The notes under the pieces were generated by a model that did not search any database, was not told where the DNA came from, and saw only the letters and a list, made by a program, of their open reading frames with translations. Source: an uncultured Methanosarcinaceae archaeon (GTDB lineage Archaea > Halobacteriota > Methanosarcinia > Methanosarcinales > Methanosarcinaceae). Taken from it: 64,000 nt of DNA. The stretch's first letter is position 1. The number at the start of each line of letters is the position of its first letter. The position numbers and the translations under genes were made by a program. The stretch lies in contig CAWJYV010000006.1 of the NCBI GenBank assembly GCA_963847185.1, positions 1 to 64,000 on the forward strand. The letters run 5' to 3'. Below are positions 33,560-44,337 of this stretch, in pieces.

Positions 33560-34367
33560 TCACTTAAGCGCTTCAGCGATTATTTCGTTGATGCTCTCAA
33601 ATTCAGGAATCACGTCAAAGTTGAAGAACGACCTCGGGCAGGCGCCGTAGCAGGAGCCGCACTTAATGCAGAGATCACGCTCGACCCTGCGGCTTCCCGA
33701 ACTCGTGGGTGATCGCTCGCACGGGGCAGGATGCAGCGCAGGTGCCACATCCCATGCAAAGGCCCTGGTTGATCACGTCGTTCATCAGGTCGCAGAAGCA
33801 TGCGGTCGTGCCGCGCTTCGCAAGGGCCATAAGGGGCTTTAAGTACTTTCCCGCAAGAGCTTTTTGTTCCTCGTTCCCCTCCAGGAGCAGGTATGCCATG
33901 ACAGCGACGTTCCTTATGAGCTCCGGGCTCGGGGGGCATCCGGGGATGTAGACATCCACGTCGATGAGATCTCCGATGGGGAGGAAAGATTCGTGCTGGG
34001 GCTGGTTGTGCTGCCCCCCACGGCAGAATCTGGTGATGTTCCCGTAGCTTGCGCAGGAGCCGAGGGCCACCACAACCTTGGCCTTCTTCCGCGTCTCCTT
34101 GATCTCCTCCACAGATTCATGGTCCTGGATGCAGACTGATCCCTCGACTAGCGCCACGTCCATCTCTGGGATATGTCGGACGTCGACGAGCGTGAGGCTG
34201 TAGACGAGGTCGGCATAGTTGTCCAGGATTTTGATGAATCCCAAATAGTTGTCGGCCACGGACACGAGGCAGCCGGTACAGCCGCTCAGGTGTACATGCC
34301 CGAGCTTGATCTTGTTTGCCACTGGTTTTATCTCCTTTGTAGCTTCCACGTTCTTAAGCAGTCCCAT
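33560..34367 (-). CDS. frhG: F420-reducing hydrogenase subunit gamma, with an apparent +1 frameshift near 33685
   Basis: CTGC, GSCA, PGCPP, CMGCGTC..CP; last ferredoxin motif CIKCGSCYGACP lies in the next frame. Confidence 0.9.
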
Positions 34368-34370
34368 AGT

Positions 34371-34832
34371 TCATCCGATTTCCTTCAGTATCTCGGATAC
34401 AGCGTCTGGAATGGCTCTCTGGATCTCTTCTGTAATCCCGATGACCATCTCGGGGGCAGAAACGTACTTCTTCTGGCATGCAAGGATCCGGATCCGGATA
34501 TCGTCCTTGATGTACTGGAGCGGTTCGGTCAGATCCCAGGAGTGGACGTCCCGGTAGCTCCCCACGGGAAGCTCGTCAACGGCAAGCCACCTGAGCTCGC
34601 CGGGTTCCCCCCCGAAGTCTGCGATGTCCACGATGATAAGAGTCTTCGTGGACTCAGGATTGAGAAGGGTAAAGACGAAATGGGGGCCCCCGAGTCCTGC
34701 GTCAACGACTGTGACGTTCTCGGGAAGCTCGAGGCCCTGGAGCCTTTCCACGACTGCGGGTCCGAATCCGTCGTCCGCATATAGAGGGTTGCCGCAGCCT
34801 GCCACCACGATCTCGGAATACAGTGTTTTCAT
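34371..34832 (-). CDS. frhD: Hydrogenase maturation protease
   Basis: GCGNPLYADDGFG, DAG, IVD, H motifs; located between frhA and frhG. Confidence 0.92.
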   Translation of the reverse strand: MKTLYSEIVVAGCGNPLYADDGFGPAVVERLQGLELPENVTVVDAGLGGPHFVFTLLNPESTKTLIIVDIADFGGEPGELRWLAVDELPVGSYRDVHSWDLTEPLQYIKDDIRIRILACQKKYVSAPEMVIGITEEIQRAIPDAVSEILKEIG

Positions 34833-34837
34833 TCCAT

Positions 34838-36205
34838 TCACTGGACGAGCCTCTGGGCGATTATCTTGTTCTCCTCGTCCACCACGATCATATGGGTTGC
34901 ACACGAGACGCAAGGATCGTAGGCTCTGACGACCATCTCGGCAATCTGCCAGGGCGCTCCCTTCAGACCCCGGCTGCAGGTAGGGAGGTTCCAGGTGGTG
35001 GGCACAAGCATTTCGTACCACAGCACCCGCCCGTCCTTTACCCGTGCGAGGTGGACATCGGTCCCGCGAGGTGCTTCGTTCGCGGCCCAGCCCATGGACC
35101 CGTCTCCCTGGGGGATATGGTCAGCAAGGACTTTGCCCGAGGTATCCAGGTTGTCAAGGCATCTGAGGATAGTGTAGCAGCAGTCAGGATACTCCATCTG
35201 CCTGGCGATGTGCTGGGCGAAGGTGCCCTTCTCGTTGAAGTTCTTGAAAGTGGCGAGCCTTGCTCTCGGGCCGACCTCAACCGGCTGGCCGTCATAGATA
35301 GGAACACCGTTGCAGGCCTCCATCTGGGGATTGGCCTTGGTGCCAGCCTTCGTGGTGCCGCCTACTGGGTAGCTCGGATCCTCAAGATCGATGGTTACCT
35401 CACCCATGTACCAGTCCCATGGCCGTGTCTCCTTCCACCGGGCGAAGTCCCACATGGGCTTCTCGTCCAGACTGGATGAGCCGTACATCGGGGATGTGGC
35501 CATGACCCCCTGGTCGTGGTACCCGAGTGTCCTGGGAATCGGGATCTTCTGGCCCGCGACCTCGGTGAACTCCCTATTCTGCATGTTCCTGATGACATCT
35601 AGCATGAACTCCATCTGCTCGTGGGCAAGGACGAGACCTTCCTTCGCCAGGTCGGCCATCTTCTGCTTTGCCCTGGGGCTCACGTTGTGGTACATCCCAC
35701 CGACCCTCGGATTGGAGGGATGGATCGCCTCGCCGCCTGCGATGGCTCCAATGGTCTGTCCGATTTCGCGGATGCGGATAATCCTCGCTGCAACGCTCCT
35801 GATAGGCTGCTCCTTGGCGAACGGGTTGAACTTCGTCTCCGTCCCAGGGATATAAAAGTCAGGAAGGATCAGGATGTTGTGCAGAGCGATGCTGTGGAGG
35901 CGGTTTGCGGCATGGAGAATGACCCGCAGGAGCTTTGCATCCGTGGGGATCTCGCAGCCGACCGAGGCCTCCATGGCCTCTATGCTCGCCAGGGTGTGGG
36001 CGATGGGACAGATTCCGCAGACCCGAGAAGCAATCTTCGGGACCTGGTCCATCGTCTTACCTATGGCGAGCTTCTCAATACCCCTGACCGGGGTGATGGA
36101 GAGCCAGTCTCCTTGCTCGACGATACCCTGGTCATTCACCTTCAGAGTGAGCTTGGAGTGGCCTTCATGTCTCGTGGTTGGAGAGATCTCTACAACTTTT
36201 GTCAA
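34838..36205 (-). CDS. frhA: F420-reducing [NiFe] hydrogenase large subunit
   Basis: TTG start TKVVEISPTTRHEGH; RVCGICP and DPCVSCATH Ni ligands plus a cleavable C-terminal tail. Confidence 0.96.
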   Translation of the reverse strand: MTKVVEISPTTRHEGHSKLTLKVNDQGIVEQGDWLSITPVRGIEKLAIGKTMDQVPKIASRVCGICPIAHTLASIEAMEASVGCEIPTDAKLLRVILHAANRLHSIALHNILILPDFYIPGTETKFNPFAKEQPIRSVAARIIRIREIGQTIGAIAGGEAIHPSNPRVGGMYHNVSPRAKQKMADLAKEGLVLAHEQMEFMLDVIRNMQNREFTEVAGQKIPIPRTLGYHDQGVMATSPMYGSSSLDEKPMWDFARWKETRPWDWYMGEVTIDLEDPSYPVGGTTKAGTKANPQMEACNGVPIYDGQPVEVGPRARLATFKNFNEKGTFAQHIARQMEYPDCCYTILRCLDNLDTSGKVLADHIPQGDGSMGWAANEAPRGTDVHLARVKDGRVLWYEMLVPTTWNLPTCSRGLKGAPWQIAEMVVRAYDPCVSCATHMIVVDEENKIIAQRLVQ

Positions 36206-37635
36206 TGGTATCGCCTCATTTTCGATTAGGTTTTCTTGCATTTTCCCTTTCCAGGGAGTCAAGATTACATTCTGGATATTCTGGTTCAGACCAAGTACTT
36301 CAGTTGATGACGCACTCCAGATGGAGTGCATACCTTCCTTACCATTTCCAATGTCCGTCAAATTACTGAATTTTCGGTAAGGAGGTAAGCCTGATCTCTT
36401 AAAAAATATACCAGGTCATGGAGCAAGAATGAGAATTGAAGTTTATCATCCGTTGCCCTAAATACCCCTTCAAAAAAATCTCTTTCAAAAAATATCAATT
36501 CATATATATAATCTTCTAAATTTAGTCGATCATATGAGGATTTATGAGAAATTAGGTAATAGGAACTCACACTCATATAAATATAGAAATAAATAAAAAA
36601 ATAATCATTAAATAAAATTCAACTCAATGTAGAGTTTCAATCCTTTTTTCATGGAAGCTACCTGCAAATAGGGCAATTTTTCCATATTTTGATCAGAAAA
36701 GGCCCGAAAATAAGCCATTTTTAAGGACCATAGTTCTTGTTGAAGAACTATCAAACCCTTTATAAACGCAAGAAAGTAGGGATTTTTGCTTTTTGGAAAT
36801 ATCTGGATATATGCCTTTCTTTTCTAATGAAAATTAACAATTTATGCTTTTTGAGCTTCGTTCTACCCAGTATTTAGTCTTTATAGGAATTGGTTTTTCT
36901 ACATCCCTCAGAACTGACTTCTTAACTCTCCATTTGTGGCAGGAAGGCAGTAAAAAGATACCAGATTAAAACAAAGACGTTGCGAAATTCTTAATTTCAA
37001 ATCAAACGCTTCAAAATTGCTTTTCTGACTCTTGACTATTTTGAATTAATAACTCCACAAATAGAAAATTAAACAGGTCTGCCTGGATAAAAAGAAGTAA
37101 AACTGATTGTAGTGCTTCCATAATTATTGCTGTTAAGGGGTCTCTGAGCTATGTGCAATCAGCTAATTATGTATTTTTTGTCGATAAATCCTAGCAGAAC
37201 TATTGAGACTAAAAGACGAAGAAACCCATGTACAAAATGTAGAGTATCACATCAAAAAAATTATATCTCTATCTTCTCGGTACTTCGCAAAAGTCGATTA
37301 ATTTTCAAAAATAAGTTTAATCCTATTATGATTTGTTGACTGATATATAAGTATATTATCAAAATTCACTATTAATCAACTGATTAAACTATTTATCATC
37401 ATTACATAAATTTAAATCGTCGAGATATTATTATTATATTACTGACTATAGAAGAGAATTAGATATAAACATGAATTTATATTCATGTTTCATAAGGGGA
37501 AATTGTAGAAATCTAAGGAACTAACCCGACAAACAGGTAAATTTACTAAACCTTTTATACTTGTCGAATTAACAGGTTTAGAAGCCCCCTGTGTTAGAGA
37601 GTTTCTTTAATGTTTTCTCTATAGTCTTGAGGTAC

Positions 37636-37752
37636 GAATAGTGGATACTATTGAAAAATCTCAAGATTACAGGCATATGTGAATAGTGGATACTGTCTGC
37701 AAAATTCAATGCCTATGATCTGAGACATGAATAGTGGATACTATCTGCAAAA
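37636..37752 (+). repeat. Three direct repeats GAATAGTGGATACT spaced 45 and 48 nt
   Basis: Copies start at 37636, 37681 and 37729; core ATAGT-GGAT-ACTAT is palindromic. Confidence 0.8.
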
Positions 37753-37898
37753 TACAGTGCATCTGGCAAAATAACAGAATTTAGTATATAAAAAATTTGG
37801 CAAATTGTCATAAATTATGTGGGGATATGGCTATGTCACTAGATTACTCTTCGTCTATAAAAAAAGTTGACAAATTTAATTACTGTCACAGTCAGTTG

Positions 37899-40799
37899 AT
37901 GGCAATATTAAAACGAAAACTGGGAGTTCTTCTCCTAATTAGTTGTTTTACTTTTGCAAGTATTCATTCAGCTTTATGTATGAGTCCTGCACCAACGATT
38001 TATGTTTCGGGGGACGGCACTGGGGATTTCAATTGCAATGGGACAGATGACCATTTACAAATTAACAAGGCTCTTGCCTATATTGCAGCAAACCCAGGTT
38101 ACACAACTGTTCACCTTAAAGGGCCGTTTACATATGTTATTAACGGTACCCTTCTAATCGGCAGTAATACAATTCTTGAAGGAGACTCCAATGCTGTAAT
38201 TAAACTGGCTGACCATGCATGTTGGGATACAATGAAACCTTTGATCCAGCAGATGAACAGTTCGGGGAATAATAATATCGTAATAAGAGGATTCGAGGTT
38301 AATGTAAACCATGATAACAACACCGAGTTTGCCAGAGGCAAGGGATACTATAATGTAATTTACTTCCTTCGTTGCAATAACGTAAAAGTTTACAATATGT
38401 ATATGCATGATGGACATGGAGACGGGCTGAGAATAAGAAACAGTCAAAACATTCAGTTTTACAATAACAGAATCTCAAAACTGGGGCACGACGGTCTGTT
38501 TGCAATTGAATGTAATAATGTAGAAGCCTGGAGTAATATTATCACCTGCAGGACCAATAGCGGTCTTAGAGCCTGGAACTCAAATTATGTAAAGTTCCAT
38601 GCCAACGAAATTGATGCTTCCTACTACAAATGTACTGGCGGACCAGGTATTCAGATTGAAAAGAGTGCAGGCATTATGGATAATATTGAAATTTACAATA
38701 ATACCTTCAATAATACATACGGTCCTGGAATCTGGATTTTCAACTACGATAATTCTTCTACCAGAGATCAGGGGAAAGATATCTATATTCACCACAATGT
38801 CTTCCATGGCACAGGTACCAACCCCAGTATTAACTGGATAGGAGGCATCCTGGCAGGTGGGTTTAATAATACTATTATTGAAAACAATGTCTTTGACGGT
38901 GCATACAATGCTGCCGTTGTCCACATGTATATGCCTGGCTATTCATCAAGTTATTCTCCTGCAGGCGGCTACATAACCATAGTTCGCAGTAATGTAATTG
39001 TAAATACGGTAAGGTGTAGAGCAGACCCGAGTGGGGGATATGGAGTAATTAATAACCTTCCTGAAACACATTCCTTTGTGTTTCAAAATAACTGCCTATA
39101 CAATAACATAGCAGGTAATTATAAAAATTGCAATTCAACAAGCGATATCTATATGGACCCGCTCTTTGCAGACCAGAAAAAACATGATTATCACCTGAAA
39201 TCAGCTGCAGACCGCTGGGATGGAAATACATGGGTTCAGGACAGCGTGAGCTCTCCCTGCATTGATGCAGGTTATCCTTCTTCAGATTATTCAAAGGAGC
39301 CTGAAGAAAATGGAGACAGAATCAATATCGGGAGATACGGGAACACAATTTATGCATCAAAGTCGTACATCTTGAAAAATAAAAATGCTCCAGTAATAAC
39401 CTCTATTCCTAACGCTACAATAGGAGTTGGAGAAAACCTGAACTTTACAGTGACAGCTTCCGATGCAGACGGAGATAACCTCACTTACTCTGCTTCAAAC
39501 CTTCCCACAGGTACAACTTTGAACAACGAATCAGGATTCTTCAGCTGGACTCCTGCTACCGGCCAGGAAGGAATATACGAAATAACCTTTAATGTCAGTG
39601 ATGGTACTTTCAATGACTCCGAAACTGCAAATATAAGTGTAATCTTGAAAAATAAATACGCTCCAGTAATAACCTCTATTCCTAACACTACAATAGAAAT
39701 TGGAGAAAACCTGAACTTTACAGTGACAGCTTTCGATGCAGACGGAGATAACCTTACTTACTCTGCTTCCGGCCTACCCGTGGGTGCAAATTTCAATGAG
39801 AATTCAGGTTTCTTCAGTTGGACTCCTGCTACGGGACAGGAAGGAACATACAAAATAACCTTTAATGTCAGCGATGGTACTTTTAATGACTCTGAGACTG
39901 CAAACATTAGTGTAATCTTGAAAAATAAATACACTCCAGTAATAATCACCATCTCCAACACTACAATAGAAATTGGAGAAAACCTGAACTTCACAGTGAC
40001 AGCTTCCGATGCAGATGGAGATAACCTCACTTACTCTGCTTCAAACCTTCCCACAGGTGCAGCTTTGGACAACAAGTCAGGGTTCTTCAGCTGGACTCCT
40101 GCTACGGGACAGGAAGGAACATACAAAATAACCTTTAATGTAAGTGATGGTACTTTCAACGATTCTGAGACTGCAAATATAAGTGTAATCAAGAAGGGTA
40201 GCGGCATAGATAATAACAGCTCGATGAATCTTCCTGGTAAGGTATACGACAATCGCCTTCGTGAATCTTCCCCTAACAGTATCCTTGGAAATGATGCATA
40301 TATCGATGTTGGAGGTATGAGTACTGGCAGGTACAGGGATATTACATGGTTCAATATAAGCCAATACACCGATGCTACTAAAGTAAGCAATGCAACCCTT
40401 TCTCTTTTCTGGTATTATCCGTCAAGTTCAAGGCCAAATGATACTATCATTGAGATCTACAGGCCTGCTTCTTCATGGAATCCCAGCTATGTGAGCTGGA
40501 ATAAGAGAGATAACGGTATTACCTGGAATAATGCAGGAGGAGATTGGTATGATAAAAACGGGGTCCTTCAGGGCAATACTCCATATGCCACTCTAACTAT
40601 AAAGGCCAGCACTTTACCAAACATCACTCCCTGTGAGCTGAATGTAACTGACCTTGTAAAAGAGTATGCCAGCGGGAAGTATGCGAACACGGGCTTCCTG
40701 ATCAAAGCCCGTAGTGAAAGTAATAATTACATTGCTTTCTACAGTTCGGACTGTGGAAACGCAAGCAGAGTTCCAAAGCTGAATATAACTTACAAGTAA
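37899..40799 (+). CDS. Disaggregatase-related cell-surface protein (beta-helix, three Ig-like repeats, DNRLRE domain)
   Basis: Signal peptide; GDG/HDG beta-helix repeats; DYHL.S...SPCIDAG; three near-identical ~92-aa APVIT..ASDADGD.LTYS units; YDNRLRE. Confidence 0.9.
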   Translation: MAILKRKLGVLLLISCFTFASIHSALCMSPAPTIYVSGDGTGDFNCNGTDDHLQINKALAYIAANPGYTTVHLKGPFTYVINGTLLIGSNTILEGDSNAVIKLADHACWDTMKPLIQQMNSSGNNNIVIRGFEVNVNHDNNTEFARGKGYYNVIYFLRCNNVKVYNMYMHDGHGDGLRIRNSQNIQFYNNRISKLGHDGLFAIECNNVEAWSNIITCRTNSGLRAWNSNYVKFHANEIDASYYKCTGGPGIQIEKSAGIMDNIEIYNNTFNNTYGPGIWIFNYDNSSTRDQGKDIYIHHNVFHGTGTNPSINWIGGILAGGFNNTIIENNVFDGAYNAAVVHMYMPGYSSSYSPAGGYITIVRSNVIVNTVRCRADPSGGYGVINNLPETHSFVFQNNCLYNNIAGNYKNCNSTSDIYMDPLFADQKKHDYHLKSAADRWDGNTWVQDSVSSPCIDAGYPSSDYSKEPEENGDRINIGRYGNTIYASKSYILKNKNAPVITSIPNATIGVGENLNFTVTASDADGDNLTYSASNLPTGTTLNNESGFFSWTPATGQEGIYEITFNVSDGTFNDSETANISVILKNKYAPVITSIPNTTIEIGENLNFTVTAFDADGDNLTYSASGLPVGANFNENSGFFSWTPATGQEGTYKITFNVSDGTFNDSETANISVILKNKYTPVIITISNTTIEIGENLNFTVTASDADGDNLTYSASNLPTGAALDNKSGFFSWTPATGQEGTYKITFNVSDGTFNDSETANISVIKKGSGIDNNSSMNLPGKVYDNRLRESSPNSILGNDAYIDVGGMSTGRYRDITWFNISQYTDATKVSNATLSLFWYYPSSSRPNDTIIEIYRPASSWNPSYVSWNKRDNGITWNNAGGDWYDKNGVLQGNTPYATLTIKASTLPNITPCELNVTDLVKEYASGKYANTGFLIKARSESNNYIAFYSSDCGNASRVPKLNITYK

Positions 40800-40814
40800 A
40801 GTTGTATTCTTAAA

Positions 40815-40876
40815 GGAATTTTCCAGAGCGTCCGATCATTATGAGTTTCACATACCGGATTTTTTGGAAAATTCCA
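40815..40876 (+). terminator. Long hairpin after the surface-protein gene
   Basis: GGAATTTTCCA...TGGAAAATTCC followed by ttttt. Confidence 0.5.
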
Positions 40877-40930
40877 TTTTTCAATTTCTAGGACTTATGC
40901 GTTTGAGGTATAAAATTAAGCATATTAGAC

Positions 40931-41065
40931 CTTACTGTTAATTTGTTTTTAGCTTACTGTTAATTTGTTTTTAGCTTACTGTTAATTTGTTTTTAGCTTA
41001 CTGTTAATTTGCTTTTGGCTCACTGCTGATTTGTTTTTCAGTTTGCTGCTAATTTATTTTTTTAG
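40931..41065. repeat. 22-bp tandem repeat (3 perfect and 3 degenerate units)
   Basis: cttactgttaatttgtttttag. Confidence 0.9.
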
Positions 41066-41501
41066 ATAATTCAAGGCCATAAGGCTAAATAAATCTTTAA
41101 ATTAATCTTATTTTGGATTAAAAATGTAAATAAAGTTTAATTCTAAATTATATCAAATCATTAAACTTTAAATTATAATTAAACTTAATTTTTCGCTCTT
41201 TTTTTTAAGTATATTTATTTATTTGTCTGGAGATTTAGGAAATGAAGATGCATAGAAGTATGGATTCTCATTCAAAAGGATTGAAAAATAAAGTGGATAA
41301 GACGTTTTGGTTAAAAACTACAATTTATGTAGGCAAAGGTTTAATGATAATCGATTCCTCAGCCAACAAAGTGGATTCTGAATGAAAATCCAAAAATTGC
41401 CTGCTTTGCAGGCATTATGTAACTCCTATCAACTTAGACCATCAAGGCAATAATAAAAGATAGCATGGAAAAGTGAATTAAGATTTTATAAGGTCTATAA
41501 T

Positions 41502-41795
41502 ATGAGCGAAGTTGTTGAAGTCTTTGGATTATTTCAAGTTATAAAAATAATAATCTGTGGATTTGTTTCACTGATTTTGATACAGATAGCTTGGGAAATC
41601 TTATATCTGTTTGGGAGTAAGCTCCTGGACTCCCTCTTGTTTACGATATGCCTCCCCTTTATTCTTCTGTTTATGATACACGATTTACTTTATCTGTATG
41701 TGCTTTGTGACAGAGAAGAGCGTAGAAGGATAAAAGAAAAACGTCATGGCGACACATGTATGGAACAATATACTATTTATTCGTTACATGTATGA
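41502..41795 (+). CDS. Small hypothetical membrane protein
   Basis: 97 aa, two hydrophobic stretches, charged tail. Confidence 0.45.
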   Translation: MSEVVEVFGLFQVIKIIICGFVSLILIQIAWEILYLFGSKLLDSLLFTICLPFILLFMIHDLLYLYVLCDREERRRIKEKRHGDTCMEQYTIYSLHV

Positions 41796-42114
41796 TATCC
41801 ACGAATATGCCTGGAACAGAAATATCGAGATTATAACTTAGTTAAATATGCTTACAATACTACCCCCAAGATATTAAAAAATCGACAATTGGGCCATATT
41901 GTATAAAAAGAATCAGATTCATATTCAAATCGTTTCCACTCTGATTTGGAAAAGTGATTCAACTATACGTTCTGGATAATATATTAACCGCTTTAAATCG
42001 AATATATACTTGCATAATATCCGAAAAACGCCATCAGGAAAATACTCAAAACATAATGTCAGCCTTCCGAAAATGAAAAATAAATTGCATTGAACCTTCA
42101 ACCGTTCAATTCAC

Positions 42115-42158
42115 ATGTGATCACAATATGTAGTATATGTGATCACAATATGTAGTAT
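42115..42158. repeat. 22-bp tandem duplication containing palindrome TGTGATCACA
   Basis: atgtgatcacaatatgtagtat x2. Confidence 0.75.
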
Positions 42159-42279
42159 GTTTGATTCTGAAGCTCGAGTGAGTAAATCCTAAAGTAGAAG
42201 ATACTCAAACTAATTCCTTTTTTGATATAGAAAAAAATGAAAGCACCTTGAGTTTCAAGGTATATGAAGAAAATATATT

Positions 42280-42564
42280 TTACTCGATTGTTTCTATTTT
42301 CTCTTTCTTGACAAAAGGTTTACTGATTTTGTCGGGCATCCATTCAGGCTTATTTTTTGGGGCTGCAACAAGTTGCTTCCATGCCTTAAAAACGTGAACC
42401 TTCTTTGTCCCGCGCTCCCTGAGGCGAATGATATCCGGTTTCGATTTAGTTCCTGTGCCTCTATTCGCAGCTTTCAAGGCAGCCTGCCGAGGCTGTTTTC
42501 CAGTGAAAACTCCGTGCTCATTGCCGTCTGCGTCTCGTAAAACAAAATTTCGTGTATCAGACAT
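42280..42564 (-). CDS. Non-histone chromosomal protein MC1
   Basis: MSDTRNFVLRD.DGNEHGVFTGKQPRQAALKAANRG...LRERGTKKVHVF...PEWMP. Confidence 0.96.
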   Translation of the reverse strand: MSDTRNFVLRDADGNEHGVFTGKQPRQAALKAANRGTGTKSKPDIIRLRERGTKKVHVFKAWKQLVAAPKNKPEWMPDKISKPFVKKEKIETIE

Positions 42565-42993
42565 AAGGGTCATCTCTCAAAATATATTATTGGAGACTGA
42601 TTAAGTTTAAAGTATATATAATTATCTTAAGATGTTGTCAATAGTCATTGATTTATCAAAATGGCCTCAATTTTTCATGGGTATATGCTGATTTATAATT
42701 AGTCCATGAAAAAAAACAAGATCAATGGCCTTCTTAAATGTAATTGATTCGGCAGGCAATTCGACAGGTAGTAGTACAAAAACAATTTTTGAGTATATCG
42801 TAGTATCAAAAAAGTGAAAAGCCTCTGTCGGAAAAGCAATAAAGAGAGCTGAGGCAAGGGCAGAAGGTTACTATTTGACAAACTATCCCTTAAATCCTGT
42901 TAACCTGATTCGAGCATTTTCTCAATGTCGAAATAGTGTAGTTGCACATCTTATTCAATATTTTTATATAGTAGTAAAACGTAAAATATTTAC

Positions 42994-43125
42994 ATGGAAA
43001 ACTATTATCCGTGTGTGTTTTGCGAAGCAGTGTTTGTAGACCCCGGGTATGCAAAAGATCACATTAAGGAGTGCCACTCTAAAGATGGGAGAATGTGCAA
43101 TACCTGTTCAGAGATCTTCGAATGA
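42994..43125 (+). CDS. 43-aa C2H2 zinc-finger microprotein (not in the ORF track)
   Basis: MENYYPCVFCEAVFVDPGYAKDHIKECHSKDGRMCNTCSEIFE: C-x2-C-x12-H-x4-H plus CxxC; TTTATATA box at about 42963. Confidence 0.75.
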   Translation: MENYYPCVFCEAVFVDPGYAKDHIKECHSKDGRMCNTCSEIFE

Positions 43126-43887
43126 AACATATGGTTTTTTTAACCAGTATAACTGGAGGTGGAAACGAAATTATTATCAATGATGCTATCTATTAAAAGA
43201 GTTACCTTAACATAGATGTCCAATATGTAAATTCTCAAAAAAGTAAATGTAAAAGTAAATGTAAAAGTAAATGTAAATTTAATATCTTTATTTAATATTT
43301 GATCGGACTAGAACCATATCTTGAACCAGTTCTTTTTTCTTCTTCTACTTTTATTTTATGCCAGCCAGAACGATGTTCCTTTTTATGCATTATCTGTTTT
43401 ACAGCATAAACAAGCCCTGTTGTTGCTAAGATAATACCCGCTATTTTCACGCTTTTATACACAATAATTCACCCCGATTTATTATTGCACCTTATCATTT
43501 ATTAAGATAAGCAAACAGTCTATAGAAAAATCAGTTTACTTTTAAAAATGATATTAATAAATGGGGATGGGAGTGAGTCATTGAAAACTGAAAGCATAAG
43601 ACTCTCTTTACATTTTTCCCAACATAAGGGAAACGCACTCGCTTTTTCGGGCTTGATTAATAACATACCACAGCCGAACTTTCCAGGTAATGAAAAAATT
43701 CGTGTGCTTCAAGGGTTATTTAATGCTAAATATAATTAAAGCATAATTTAACATAAGCACCGGAAAACCTAAACCAGGCCTGAGTAAAACCCTTGGAACT
43801 AACTCTTGGAACAGCAGCCCAATATAACTCAGTATCAACAAAATACCTGAATCAGGCCTGATATGAGACATATAGATAGGTGAAATT

Positions 43888-44337
43888 ATGATCAAATCAG
43901 GTGGTTCTTTTTTCTATAAGGGAAGACGCTTTACTATTGGTGCTGTAATCTCATTTAAAGGATTACCTTACATGGTCACGGTTTCTCATATATTTCGTGA
44001 GGAAGGAGACCATTTAACAGTTGACGGAATGAAGGTCGCTGTTACGAGAATTCTGAAAGATTTTGACTTAGCTTTGATAGAGCTTCCTCCTGCCTGCACG
44101 TTTGAAATTACCGAGTTCGGCAGCGCAGCTGAACTGGAGCAAGCCACACTTGTTGTTAATGATACTCATGTTATCAGATGCAGAGTAGTTACTGCTGGAG
44201 CCTCCCTACTTTTTCTGGGCTTCCAGTGCAGTGATATGCCGGAGCCGGGAGATAGCGGCTCTCCTATCCTGCAGGCAGGAAAAGTAATAGGGATTATATC
44301 CTCGATAACACTGGACACTTGCATGGGTATGCCATAA
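43888..44337 (+). CDS. Minimal trypsin-like (S1) serine protease
   Basis: TVSH, DLALI and GDSGSP triad motifs; aggtga RBS. Confidence 0.75.
   Translation: MIKSGGSFFYKGRRFTIGAVISFKGLPYMVTVSHIFREEGDHLTVDGMKVAVTRILKDFDLALIELPPACTFEITEFGSAAELEQATLVVNDTHVIRCRVVTAGASLLFLGFQCSDMPEPGDSGSPILQAGKVIGIISSITLDTCMGMP

Noticed and set aside
32744-36380. Many plus-strand and alternate-frame ORFs over frh
   Set aside because: Shadow ORFs of GC-rich coding sequence.
37636-37752. CRISPR mini-array
   Set aside because: Only three copies of a 14-nt conserved core and no cas genes; kept as a regulatory repeat instead.
40931-41065. CRISPR array
   Set aside because: Units are contiguous with no spacers; this is a simple tandem repeat.
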